In this document: positions 38,001 through 50,000 of the stretch, piece by piece
How the letters are laid out: each line of letters begins with the position of its first letter
Position numbering within the stretch: the stretch's first letter is position 1
Position numbers and translations under genes: made by a program
Notes under the pieces: generated by a model
Database searches by the model: none
The model's input: the letters and a program-made list of their open reading frames with translations, nothing else
What the model was told of the DNA's origin: nothing
NCBI GenBank assembly: GCA_002633005.1
Contig: NMRA01000441.1
Location: forward strand, 248,001-312,000
Direction: 5' to 3'
From: Phoronis australis
Lineage: Eukaryota; Animalia; Phoronida
Length of the DNA stretch: 64,000 nt

Positions 38001-41000
38001 CTTTGTAAACTTCAGGGAATGAAACCATTACCATTTGTCTGGCTGGCAAGTGAAGATAATAAAAATGGATAAGGTCCTGGGGTGTTGCCAAGGCAATAGA
38101 AACTGGTAGCAACCCACAAAGATTTTAATTCAAAGCATCGGTTGTCGAGCCAGCCAAATTTGGATGCACCTTAAAATCTGCTGGGCGGTATCATGTGTCA
38201 TTCAACAATTATTAACTATATCTTCCTGTTTGGAACGAAAAACGTGATAATTGAATTTAGAAGGTATGGAGAATGTGAGGGAGGCTAAATAACATTATAA
38301 CAAAATGGACGGCTCACTGGAATTTAACAGGAAATAGACATTTAAGAACAAAATCGTTACGGCAACGTATGATGATTCTGTACTTGTTTCATGATAAGTA
38401 ATTACCAAAATTGACATTTTTCCATTTTACAAAGACTGATTACCTCGTTGCAAGTAACAGAAGTATTATGTTGTTTTATGACATCTATACAGCCTAACCC
38501 ATGCTAGTAATCAACCAAACAATTTTTAATCTTAAGTTTTGTGGACAAATTTGATTATGAAAATTTTATTCATCGAACATACTTTGCGCTAAATAGATAA
38601 AGAATTACCACTAACTAACTCTTCCAGGGCAAGACATTTTTGACCATGTCATCTGAACAAACTCTGCATTTAGAGACACTAACCAAAGAAACCGTGACAA
38701 TCAAATTGTTACCCTAGTTACGTAAGTGCACTAATTAATATCCTGACATTAAATTCAGCCACCTAATTAAACAGGTTTACATAGACCTATTGACCCCAAG
38801 ATCCTACAATAGGTACACTGACACACGGGTCAATACTGGGTGGACTTCCCTCAGTGACTTCCTGAGGATGTCTACTTGAGACATCCAGTCTAGATCGATC
38901 GTCAATTGACTCCAGAATCTCATCCGGTTAACAGTGTCACGCTGCTGCCTATTCCGTTAGATGAACGAAATTTTCCAAGCTTAGCAAAGAGCTGACATGC
39001 CGTAAATAAAATAGTCTAGCCTGTATATGATTTGACACCAGGGTGACACTCAAAAGTCCTGTTTACCATAGCAGATATTGTTAGCTGTGACACGGGGCTA
39101 AGTGACACAGCACAAAGCAAGTGACACAGCGCAAAGTGACACAGCGCAAGATCGATGTCGTGTCAAACCAACTCAGAAACGGTGGCTAGCTGAAAGTTGT
39201 AGACAGGAAAAGGAATGTGCATACTCGAGGTTACACATGGTGGGATTTGCAGTTGTTGAGAAAGAAAATGGTGCAAGTTTTTATTCAGAGGCAACAACTG
39301 AACTAAATGTCTGAAAAGTAAAGGAAGCCAGGCAGAGATTGGTGCGAAAATGGTCGCCTGTATGTACGCAACTGTGCAAGTGTAGCTAACACGATTGTAT
39401 CCGCCTTGTCCCAGTTTCATGTTCAGAGAGGTATAGTTGACCAGATGATCAGCGCAAGACTTGCTCTGCCTCAAAAGACAAAATTGATACCGCGGAGACA
39501 ACTCACTCGGTGCCAACTTCAGTGTCAATTCGCTCTGTGTCAGCTGGTCCGTTTAAGTTTTGTAGTGTAAATAGGAGTGCTCAAAACAAAGGCCAAGAGA
39601 GACAACCTGTCCAGATGCCTCACGTGACTTATCTATTGGCTAGCTAAAATGGTAACCTCTTCCTCATCGTGTAGGAAATGCGTGATTTTGAGAGGTCCGA
39701 TATTGAGCACGCTAAAAAAGTTAATGTTCGTCAGACACATAAATAGAAAATAAGATGGAAAGACGAGTGTTAAGGTTCCATCAAATGTGACTGAAATGAA
39801 TTCTGTGTTAATAGATTTTAGACACAACCTTTTCAGAAGAGTAAATTGCAGGGAGTCAAATACTACCAAATCGACGTAGAAATAAAAGAGAATACGGCAA
39901 TTTGGTCACATAATTTCGAGAGCGAGAAACTGGTTGAATGCATGAAGTAACTTGGTGAATTAACATAGCATCACGCATCCGGAAAATTGAGAAAACGTGT
40001 AAAAACACTCGCACTGTAATTAAAAACCCATCCATCCATCAAGTCAGGTAATGACACCAAGAGAACAGTAGAATGACTATTCACCGTATCTTCTAAGCCA
40101 AAATCTGTAAAGAAAACATGGCATTAGGCTTGTCCATTTTTGAAAAAAGTGCAGCCAACTCCGACTCAGATCAAATGGTTGAAATGCATATCGTAATTGT
40201 GTTTTTTTTTTGAAAAAGCATTAATCCACCACTGAACTAGTTACCTAAACCAAACTGTCCACAATCTGGGGGACGGGGGGGGGGGGGGGGGGAAANNNNN
40301 NNNNNNNNNNNNNNNNNNNNNNNNNNNNNNNNNNNNNNNNNNNNNNNNNNNNNNNNNNNNNNNNNNNNNNNNNNNNNNNNNNNNNNNNNNNNNNNNNNNN
40401 NNNNNNNNNNNNNNNNNNNNNNNNNNNNNNNNNNNNNNNNNNNNNNNNNNNNNNNNNNNNNNNNNNNNNNNNNNNNNNNNNNNNNNNNNNNNNNNNNNNN
40501 NNNNNNNNNNNNNNNNNNNNNNNNNNNNNNNNNNNNNNNNNNNNNNNNNNNNNNNNNNNNNNNNNNNNNNNNNNNNNNNNNNNNNNNNNNNNNNNNNNNN
40601 NNNNNNNNNNNNNNNNNNNNNNNNNNNNNNNNNNNNNNNNNNNNNNNNNNNNNNNNNNNNNNNNNNNNNNNNNNNNNNNNNNNNNNNNNNNNNNNNNNNN
40701 NNNNNNNNNNNNNNNNNNNNNNNNNNNNNNNNNNNNNNNNNNNNNNNNNNNNNNNNNNNNNNNNNNNNNNNNNNNNNNNNNNNNNNNNNNNNNNNNNNNN
40801 NNNNNNNNNNNNNNNNNNNNNNNNNNNNNNNNNNNNNNNNNNNNCTCAAAAGGCCTATACTGGTAGTAACAGGCACCCTGCATGTTCAACCCTAGCACAT
40901 TTGAGACTATCATGACATCATGTCATCTTTGCTCAGTAAATCATCTAACATCATAAGCAGGTGGACCTGTATGCTACAGCTGATAAGGCCACTTGTGTGT

Positions 41001-44000
41001 TGCTATCAAGAGTTCAGTGTATCTTCACAAGACAAGCATTGCATAATATTGAAGAGCTATACATTTAGAAGGTTGTTGGGCAAAACATAATCAAAAACTT
41101 CTGAAATGGTGAGAATCAATTAGATGGCTGGACTCTTTAGCTGGTGAAATCCAGTGCCTATGCAGCAAAATCCTGCGACTGGATCTATACGTGTTCCTAC
41201 ATTTCTAAATTCAACGGATGGGTTCCAAACATTCAGATAATATACATGGACCACTAGTAACAGTTGACTGACCACTGACCCATTCATGAGTCATCAGTAG
41301 TGTAAAGTAGATTGGCAAAAATTTGTGCAACCAATGACAACATTTTGTAGCGATTTTTTTCTGAAAGTAAATACAGTGCAGAACGAAAGCAACAACGAAT
41401 CGAATTGCCAAGGGCAAGTTTCATTCATGAGCTCTGCTTCGTGGGTTATACTTATGGGAGTACCAGTGCCAAGCATCAATGTTTATAACACAGGAAACAA
41501 AGCCCTGTAAATTGGAATTGGACCAAAAATGAGGCTGGCTCTGTTTGCAGGGCATGTTCCTTGTTCCGTTTATTATTTCTAGGTCAGATTCCAACAACTG
41601 TGCAAATACAAATACACTGGGCTCAATTTTCGATTGGGCTATCAATGACAGAGTGCAGCGTTTGTAGTGCGTCCACAGGCGATAAGAGAGAATCCACCTG
41701 TGCAAAAAAAACCACCGAATAGGGAATTAGAGGTCTGTTTCATGCAAGTGGCCTAAGACTTAAACAGAAATTATTTTGGTCTTACATTCCCACTTCACAG
41801 TTGTGGAATAAATGGTTAGCCAAGTAACTATGAGAGCGTCGCAGTTTAGAACACGTAGAAAATAAATCTGAAACTAAATAAAGCGATCCAGATCCTCTTA
41901 AGGATACTAATGTTTCACGAAATGTAGAATATAAATAGGTAAATAAAACAACAAGAATGGATCAACTGAAATTTTCGGATATAATAACGTCCTTCGTCAA
42001 CAGAAACAGAAATAAAGTAAAATCAAACACTATATGGCAATTGGCATTTAAGATGTGGCGTAATGAATATGATACACTGTCGCGGAAATAGTTAAATGAT
42101 ATATTTTAAGAAGTTTTTATACCACAATATTAGCTTCGAATGGCAGATACAACCATGTAATAACCCATAAAGTTATCTCACTAGTGAGATAACATTATCT
42201 CACTAGTGAGATAACAATTTGGCGGGAAACTCGAAACCGGGCCTCAAGAGTTTCGAGTCGCCGACTTTACCACTACACCACTCAGCGGCTGACGTCATCG
42301 AACGTGAAAATAGAATACTTAAATGACCACGCGCAACAATCGCATGTTCAGCAAAGGGGATTGCACCGACAATTATACGCTATGAAAAATAAGACGCATA
42401 ATTTCCATAAAAACAGTATTTTAATTCAGTGAAATTTTTCTCTCGTGTTCTCTCACTTGTAAATCACCGATCTCCAATTTGAATGCGGGTATCTTGTCGT
42501 TGGGATCCTTTGACTTGAGCATTATAGTCAGTTACTAGTGTTAACCTACTTTAGCAGACGATATTTTCCTGGTCGAAGCTTAGCGTGATAAAATGTGTAG
42601 TAAGCTATAATAGTTACTAAACCTTAATTTATAGCTTCACTTTATTTCTGTTTTGTTTTATTTTTCAATTGGTTTTGAGTAAAAGCATTATTTGACAAAA
42701 AAGCTCCGCTTTTCCTAAAAGGTCACGACCTCCGACCCCGGGCCTCTGACATAGAAAGTAGTTACAAAGCCGAGGCAAGTCGAGAAAGGTAGATCGATTC
42801 ATTGCAATGTTTCTCGTTCAGTACCTGGTATAAATAGATTATTACATGTTCTCAGTCGTTACTCCCCTTATCTAGAGCCCTCGTGGATTTTGTAGAATTA
42901 TCACCCTCGGGGCTAACGCCCCTCGGCAATAATTCTCCAAAATCCACTCGGGCTCTGGATAACCGGGGATAATGACTTCGCCATGTAATAATCTATATTT
43001 ATGTACTTCTTAAATTATATCATTTAATTATTTCCACAACTCATTGCACCAGATATTAAATGTCAATTGTCACAGTGTTTGATTTTACTTTACTTCTGTT
43101 TCTGTTGACGAAGGACATAATTATATCCGAAAATTTCAGTTGATCTATTCTTGTTATTTTATTTACCAATAAATATTCTGCAGTTTAGAAAAAATCTATA
43201 GAACCATTTCACTAATTAGCAGTAATGTGTATATTCTGACCCTTGCACTTTTGCTCAAGTAAGATTAATAATTGTGTAGAGTGCAAGAACTGACATAAAT
43301 CTTAGATGACTTTTCATGAAACAGACCCTCGCACGTTAGAAAAATATCATTAAATTATGACTCATCCAGATCTCATTAGTAAGATGAACCTGAAAGTCCA
43401 GGTTAATTAACAAATGTTAACACTCAAAAACATTTAACATACAGCCTAGGGTGTTAGTTTCCTGAAAAGATTACAACAGTACTGAATCACTAACAGAGAT
43501 AAATTTCCGTCAAAACTGGGAAGTTAGAAGGTATTTTATGAATTCAAAGACATGAAATAAAACAAAATGATAACTAACGAACGATGTAAATCAAGAAAAT
43601 AATACCAATTCCAAGTACTGCCTCTTTTAGAGCATTCAGCACAAACTTCATTGTGATAAATGCATGGTTACAGGTCAGACTAAAAAGATCGGTCAGTTTA
43701 ATAAGAGAACAGGTCTCAGATTGCATCAAAGGTTTAATGACAATAACTAGAAGCATCCTATCTCATTCAACAAAACTTCTTTCAATAAATGTAAGTATGC
43801 CTATCTATTCAGATTTAAAGGTTAAGCCCTCTGTTGAAATCTAAAATTCTACCAGGCATTCATGGTGAAGCAGTGATCTGTAATTATTTTATAGATTACA
43901 GCAAGGCCTTTGATTATCTTCAATATCATCTAGTTGTCACTCCACAGTTGATCATCAACAAGCATTAGGAAGTTCCATTTCTAGTTAGAACACATAGTAG

Positions 44001-47000
44001 AACTTGAAATCCACATTGGATCAATTGCAGTAAGGGCAATTTGGTTTGGCCATTCTGGATTACATAGCAATAGAACTCTCCTTTGACCCAAAGGTAAGAA
44101 AACGCAGTGTTTTCATTTGCCTCGTTTTGGAATGTCAGGCACAAGTAAACACCACACATTCACTGATATTATTCAATTTTATCCAAATTCCTCTAGTTGG
44201 AGTTTCACCAGTAATACGTCATTGGTATTGGAAGGGTGAATACAGTAATGCAGCCGAGAAAAACTAAAGAAAAGACAACAACTAATGATATGTAGAACTC
44301 CAATGGAATGAAAACGAGGCTACAAAAGTGCTTGATGCATATTGCAGCATTGTTGGTAAATAAAATCAGATTCCGGTTTCCCTGTGTGATCCTAAATGGT
44401 CCCCATAGCAATTGCCTTCTACCAACAAAAAGTGAAAAACAAGTTAACACACCTTCAAGACTACTGTATGGTATACAAATGATTGCTACCATAACTGGAC
44501 ATACTAATAAACAGCAGTTATTCAACTAGCCCTGTCCACTTAATGTAGTTGACAGTTTGAAGGGTGCAATTAAACCACCCCTCAAATTGATGATGAATGA
44601 GCTGATTGCTAATAAATAATCTAATAACTCTAACATTCTATACACATAAAAATTTGACCATCTCTAAAATGTTAAGGTCAATGACATAGTAGCTCCCAGA
44701 TAGCAGAGACTTCCATCAAAAACGTTAAAATTCTAAGATATCAATGACCTAGGAAGACATGGGAAGACAATCTGTTGATTTGTTTGAAGACTATGATCAA
44801 CATAATAACAGTGTAGGAAACCAAGACATTTAACTTAAAAAAAGGAATACTATAAAATTAATACATATTTCGTCTTGGATATAAAAATCTCAGCGCAATA
44901 ACGAAATTCGAGCACTTATAAAAAATAAAGATGACTACCATTGCCAGCAATTGCTGCCAACACTTTGCAGATGTTCATTTGCATTAGTTATGGTGAGTTT
45001 TATCATCAACAGTTCTGAAGAACAAACATTGTTTTAGCTGGAGACTGTTTAATGGTACCGAGATAATAGTTAACGAAGGAAGGAGGCAATCTTCCTACAG
45101 GGTGTTGTTTCTGTGATAACTAAGAAAAAAAAAACTGCTCAACAGACCAACTTAACCCGTGGAAGTTGGTTTCATCAAGTTTTCTGATCATCAATACAAG
45201 TCCTCCAACATCATCATCAAAAAAAGTTTGGGTATACAATAAAAGTATTGGGTATAGAATAAAAGTATTGAGATATGACGAAATTAGTGCAGATGACGTT
45301 TATTGAAAAAGAATTGATATGCATAGTCACAGAATGATTCATATACTTTAAGAAAGAATAATTAACAGCTTATTATTTATACTCACTAAAATGTTACAAG
45401 CAAGAAACTGACTTTAATACACACATGCACGCACGCACACGTGGCCCCACAAATATGGCCCCTGCTCTTTGGCTGCCTTCGGGTGGGGCCCACCATATTA
45501 ATAAAGGCAACCCACTTTTGAGCCCCGAAATTCAATTTCTTGCCTATGTCATTTTAATAAGTCATTTAAAATAAGAATCTGTTAATTGCTTAACGCCTTA
45601 GAGGGAACTGACATTAAAACATTTAATCCAAGTCATGTGTCACTTTCACACAAACTCTGCAATTCCCATTTCAGAGAGTTTCAGTCAGTGTTGAAGCTTA
45701 AATCCCAGCAAAAGACTGCTGCTGCATGTCCCTTAAAAACAGATGGATTCAAATTTAACTGTAGAGTTGCAACACAAGGGAAATGCTAAGTCTATTGAGG
45801 GAGGAGAGATTGCTATCTGAAGAAACCACAAGAAACACATGTATTCAAACATCACTAGGGATTAAGTACATTTATCTGGTATTAAATTCAAAAACTGTTC
45901 TCCACAGATGTCCAATGTTGCTGTTGGACAGAAGTTAGTAGGAAAGGCAAGGGGAGTTGCCGTAGAATTTCCCTGATCGCAAAAGTGACAATGTATCTTT
46001 AAAATCATGATTTCAGGGTCTCTTTACATCTAATGTCAATGGTTTACACATTTACATGAAAACTGTAACCCACCAGACATCAATTGGGATACAAAGCTAT
46101 GTATTATCCGCATGAACTGTAATAAATCGGTCTCATTAACACCATCTGCCAGGCAAAATCTGTTGAATCCATCTGAAATCACGGTTGTAGTATAACCGTA
46201 GGTTATTTGCCAAGTAACTACTAGATCAGAAGAAATCGTAATTTGAAAGTGGGGGAGGCAGCACCGTCAGGGAGAGGCTGCAGAACACCGTCTAGGTGAG
46301 AGGGAGGTGGAACCATCAGGGAGACAGAGAGGTGGAAGCAAAGGGAGGCTGAAGGACCGGCGAGGCAAAGCCACTGGGGAGAAGGGGGCAAAGGCAGGCT
46401 ACGGCTGCTAAGAATTTACAAAAAAATGCTGGCATGTCGCACTACATTTAACCCCAATGCAAAAAGGCAGTATGCTATAAACCAGTTAGATACTCTATCG
46501 CCATCAATCAACAAGGTGTACTTCATCACATCGCTATTACCGGTGTATCGGAAAATGCAATGTACCGGTATTACGGTGCATCAGACATCTGAAGCTAGTC
46601 AGAAATGTGCATTCTTTTCTGTGAGTAATGGAATACTTTGAGCATGAGGCTGGCTGGCACGGCTGCCTTGAGCTGGCATGGGTCAGAGCCTGGCAAGGTT
46701 CACAGCGTGGACCCCAGAGATAAACAATGATGACTCAATGAACAGTTAGGATAAGAAGCTCACTGTTTATCTCAAGAGATGCTATTAAAATACAGCTTGC
46801 AGTCTGGCAAACCACGAGGTTCAGCAGGGGCGAGCTCTTGACATCAGAATGTTGTGAAACATCCAATACCAGCTCTTTATTAGGGTAACAAGGACGCAAA
46901 AACAACTTCCGCTTGACTCACTGTCAAATTTTGTAGAACAAGACGAGCCTAGATGTGAAAAACAAATGGCAATGTACATCATTATCAGATGTATGGCAAC

Positions 47001-50000
47001 ATGGGCCTTTGTAAGGTGGAGTAGTTCAAAAAGACATGAAGCCCAGATACCCCTGCCTGGTTTCCCAACTGCTTCTGGACGCACATCAAAGCCAATAAAT
47101 GAACGGAGCAGCAGGTTTTGTGTAAAACCTTAGCCAGTATGTATGTCCCGTTGTTAGAATTAAAGTCGACATAGTAACCGACACGTTCGTTCACATCAAA
47201 TCAATTATTAATCTAGCAGTATTCTAAATTTCAGGCCCCGAGAAAATTTAATGCATGCTATAATTGAAATTTTTCCCCGTCTTAATTAAAACAACAGAAA
47301 ATCCACTTGGTTGTAATAACTGCATTTGATAAATAAATTATCATCACTCAGCGGGCAACTTATTCTGACAGCACAAAACAAAGCGCTAATCGAAGCCTGA
47401 CATCCTTGCACGTACAAATCTCATCAGCAGTAACAACTCCACGTCTTTCTAATCATGAAAAGCGATGAAATAAAGAGTATTTAATAGTTAAACTGTGTTT
47501 GGCAAAGTTTATAGAGCGATGGCAATGTCCACATCGGCACAACATCGCAGTATTATTCTGTAACATGACAACAAGGCCGTTACAGGTCGTCAGTTGAGGA
47601 GTTGCCACATAATTTCTTAATCTACAGTCTGAATATATATATATATACATATACATATACATATATATATATATATATATATATGAAATCCCAAGCCATT
47701 GCTCACACAGTCAGTGAACCCTCTGTTCTAAACTTCAGCAGAAACCAAGATAATTAACTGCTATTTTAGGAAGCTGACACAAGGTTTTAAGCCAGAATGC
47801 TGTGACTGGTATTTTGGTTGGGGCAATCAAGGGATGGATGGAAGTAAGTCACCTGGTAACAAGAAAACACAGACATCATGGGCCACCATGAAGAACACAC
47901 CATAAAATCTCACCAATTTACCACACAATATGGAGGACAAGTGATGTTTTACTTTCTCGTTTTTTCCAAGAATTCGTCGCAAGAAATCAACATTTGACCA
48001 GCTTCAAGCTCTGTACCAAAGCCGCAATCACCTAGTGGATATTCCACACAGTGTTTACCTTGAAAGTGAAAAAACTGCAATTCTGACAGGTTTGTGTTCG
48101 TACAACATAGCTGGGATTCAAGCATATGTTCAACACATCCCAGGGCTACTTGCAAGTCCATCAAGTCGACCACCTTACAGCGTAAAGACTGAAGCTCAAA
48201 GCCCTATCTACACGATCCAATGGTCGTATTAAGAGCATAAGTCAAACGGAGGCTAGTTCCAGAGATTTAGTTACATGTTATTGAAGAAACTCTTTGGACT
48301 GGACCTCCAGGAAGTTTTGTTAAGTGGGCCAGGGTCTCAAGAGTTTGAACGAGGGATGTATCTCTAGAGATGAAGCTCCGCATTGCGTTACACTCAGGAC
48401 ATCTTCACCAAGGGTGGACAACTGCGATAATTTTTTTTTTTCCGTCATGTTTACAGGCTCGACAATATTCGCGCATGCAAAAAATTTTCCTGTCTGAGTA
48501 CTAATAACCCAAATACATTCATTCTCAAGCTGCCAAAATCAAACCCCATCTGTAAAGAGCATAAAAAACAATGGTGCACGCTGTTACGTACTGCCCTGAA
48601 AACATGCAGGACTGCACACCCACGGACACACAATTCAAAAGCAATGCACCACAAAGCTCCAGTAACATTAATTTGAAGCCTGAACAGGTCTGATCAAAGG
48701 AGATGCCAATCATGTGTGTTCAGTTATGTTTACTAAAGACCTGAGTATAGTGTGGCTCCCCAGTCCCCTGGTAAAAAGATAGCTCCAAGGGAACCAAAGG
48801 CTACATAGTGGAGACCTTAAAAGATAAGAGACTTATAGTTACAGTGCGGCAAAATGTACAGACTGTGCACCCACGTCCACGTCCACGCATAGTAGCAAAT
48901 AAGTATCTTCAGAACATTTGATGGAACAAATTTCGGATGTAAGTTTTAGTCTGTAACTTTTCAAATCATTAAAACTCAGTTCATCATATTGATTGAGATA
49001 AAAAAGACACAGATCCATACACTGATAATCCTTTGTATGCGTCAAAATTTATTCAAGTAATATGGGAGAAGACAGGTGTTTTATTTTGGGTACGAGAAAT
49101 TAGCTAAATAAACACTGAACTTAGAATTTAAGCCACACATTGACCTTTTTGATTGTATTTGCAATGGTATTTTTAACAAAGGTTGTTAGCTTTTGCAATT
49201 GATCATTGATCTGCTGTTTAAGTGGATTTATTCAGAGTTTGAAATTTGCCATTTTGACTTGGCCCATTGAGTCTTAAATGCATTTAAAAAAGGTTGTTTA
49301 CTTTTACAAAGACTCAAACATGATCCTCAAAGCACCTTGCTATCCCTTACACAGAGTTGGAATGTACAAGAGTTTACACAAAGCATCATTTCTGACGAGC
49401 ACAGCTTCACAAAGATGTGAGCTTCTAATGTCATGTCACTCCATCACACGTCACTCCATCACACCGGGTTGAGACCCTGAACAAACACTCCAATTTCATT
49501 GTGAAAATGGACAACAAATCATCAGGCCAACCCTCTCCCAGCAACACTGGGACCAGGCACTGATGGGAAAATCATGAATGGAGGCAACCAGGGAAGGGTT
49601 ACACAATCAACCACAATTTTCAAGGAGTTGGCAAACTCAATTGGTGGAATAGTAACAAAAGCTTGAGAGCTGGTGTTGAAAACAAGTGTAGTGCTTTGGC
49701 ATTGTGCTGCTGAATGTGAACAATTAATTATGTTACAATAACAACAACTGGTGTTATTGCAGAGGAACAAGTCCTTATAGGAGCCAGGGAGTATCAGGGT
49801 CATAAGAGAGAATAGGACTTTGAGAGGAAGTGTGCCAAATTCTAAGACTTCCACCACGGTGGTCTGACCAATAGATGGTGTGTGTGGCATAGACCGCTGG
49901 TGCTGCGTGCCTAGATGCTGCGTGAACTTGAGGCACAATATAGACAACAACTGGAAATTGGGGAAAAGTTCGTTTTGTTACAGAATGCCAACACCACTTG

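Larger units (their letters stand above)
41923..43182. mobile_element. Foldback-type element with ~180-190-bp terminal inverted repeats
   Basis: gatcaactgaaattttcggatataat..gtccttcgtcaacagaaacagaa..aaagtaaaatcaaacact appears at 41960-42031 and in reverse complement at 43074-43145. Confidence 0.8.
41731..43328. mobile_element. Compound element: MITE-like outer TIRs with a nested foldback element
   Basis: Outer TIRs aggtctgtttcatgcaagtggcctaagactta / (rc) gggtctgtttcatgaaaagtcatctaagattta; inner inverted repeats 41923-42114 and 43005-43182. Confidence 0.7.

Noticed and set aside
40241-40913. 211-aa and 222-aa ORFs
   Set aside because: Artefacts of translating through the N gap.
42221-42289. 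Functional tRNA gene
   Set aside because: Acceptor, anticodon and T stems do not pair correctly; kept only as tRNA-derived.
48053-48075. Recursive splice site candidate (ttttttcactttcaAG|GTAAAC, minus strand) in the long intron
   Set aside because: AAG acceptor and weak donor; expected by chance in 32 kb.
47949-48420. Coding-looking stretch with open frames on the plus strand
   Set aside because: Could not be assigned to any family; interrupted by stops. BLASTX would be needed.
49522-49950. 142-aa ORF in the long intron
   Set aside because: Non-ATG start, no recognisable domain, no convincing splice sites.
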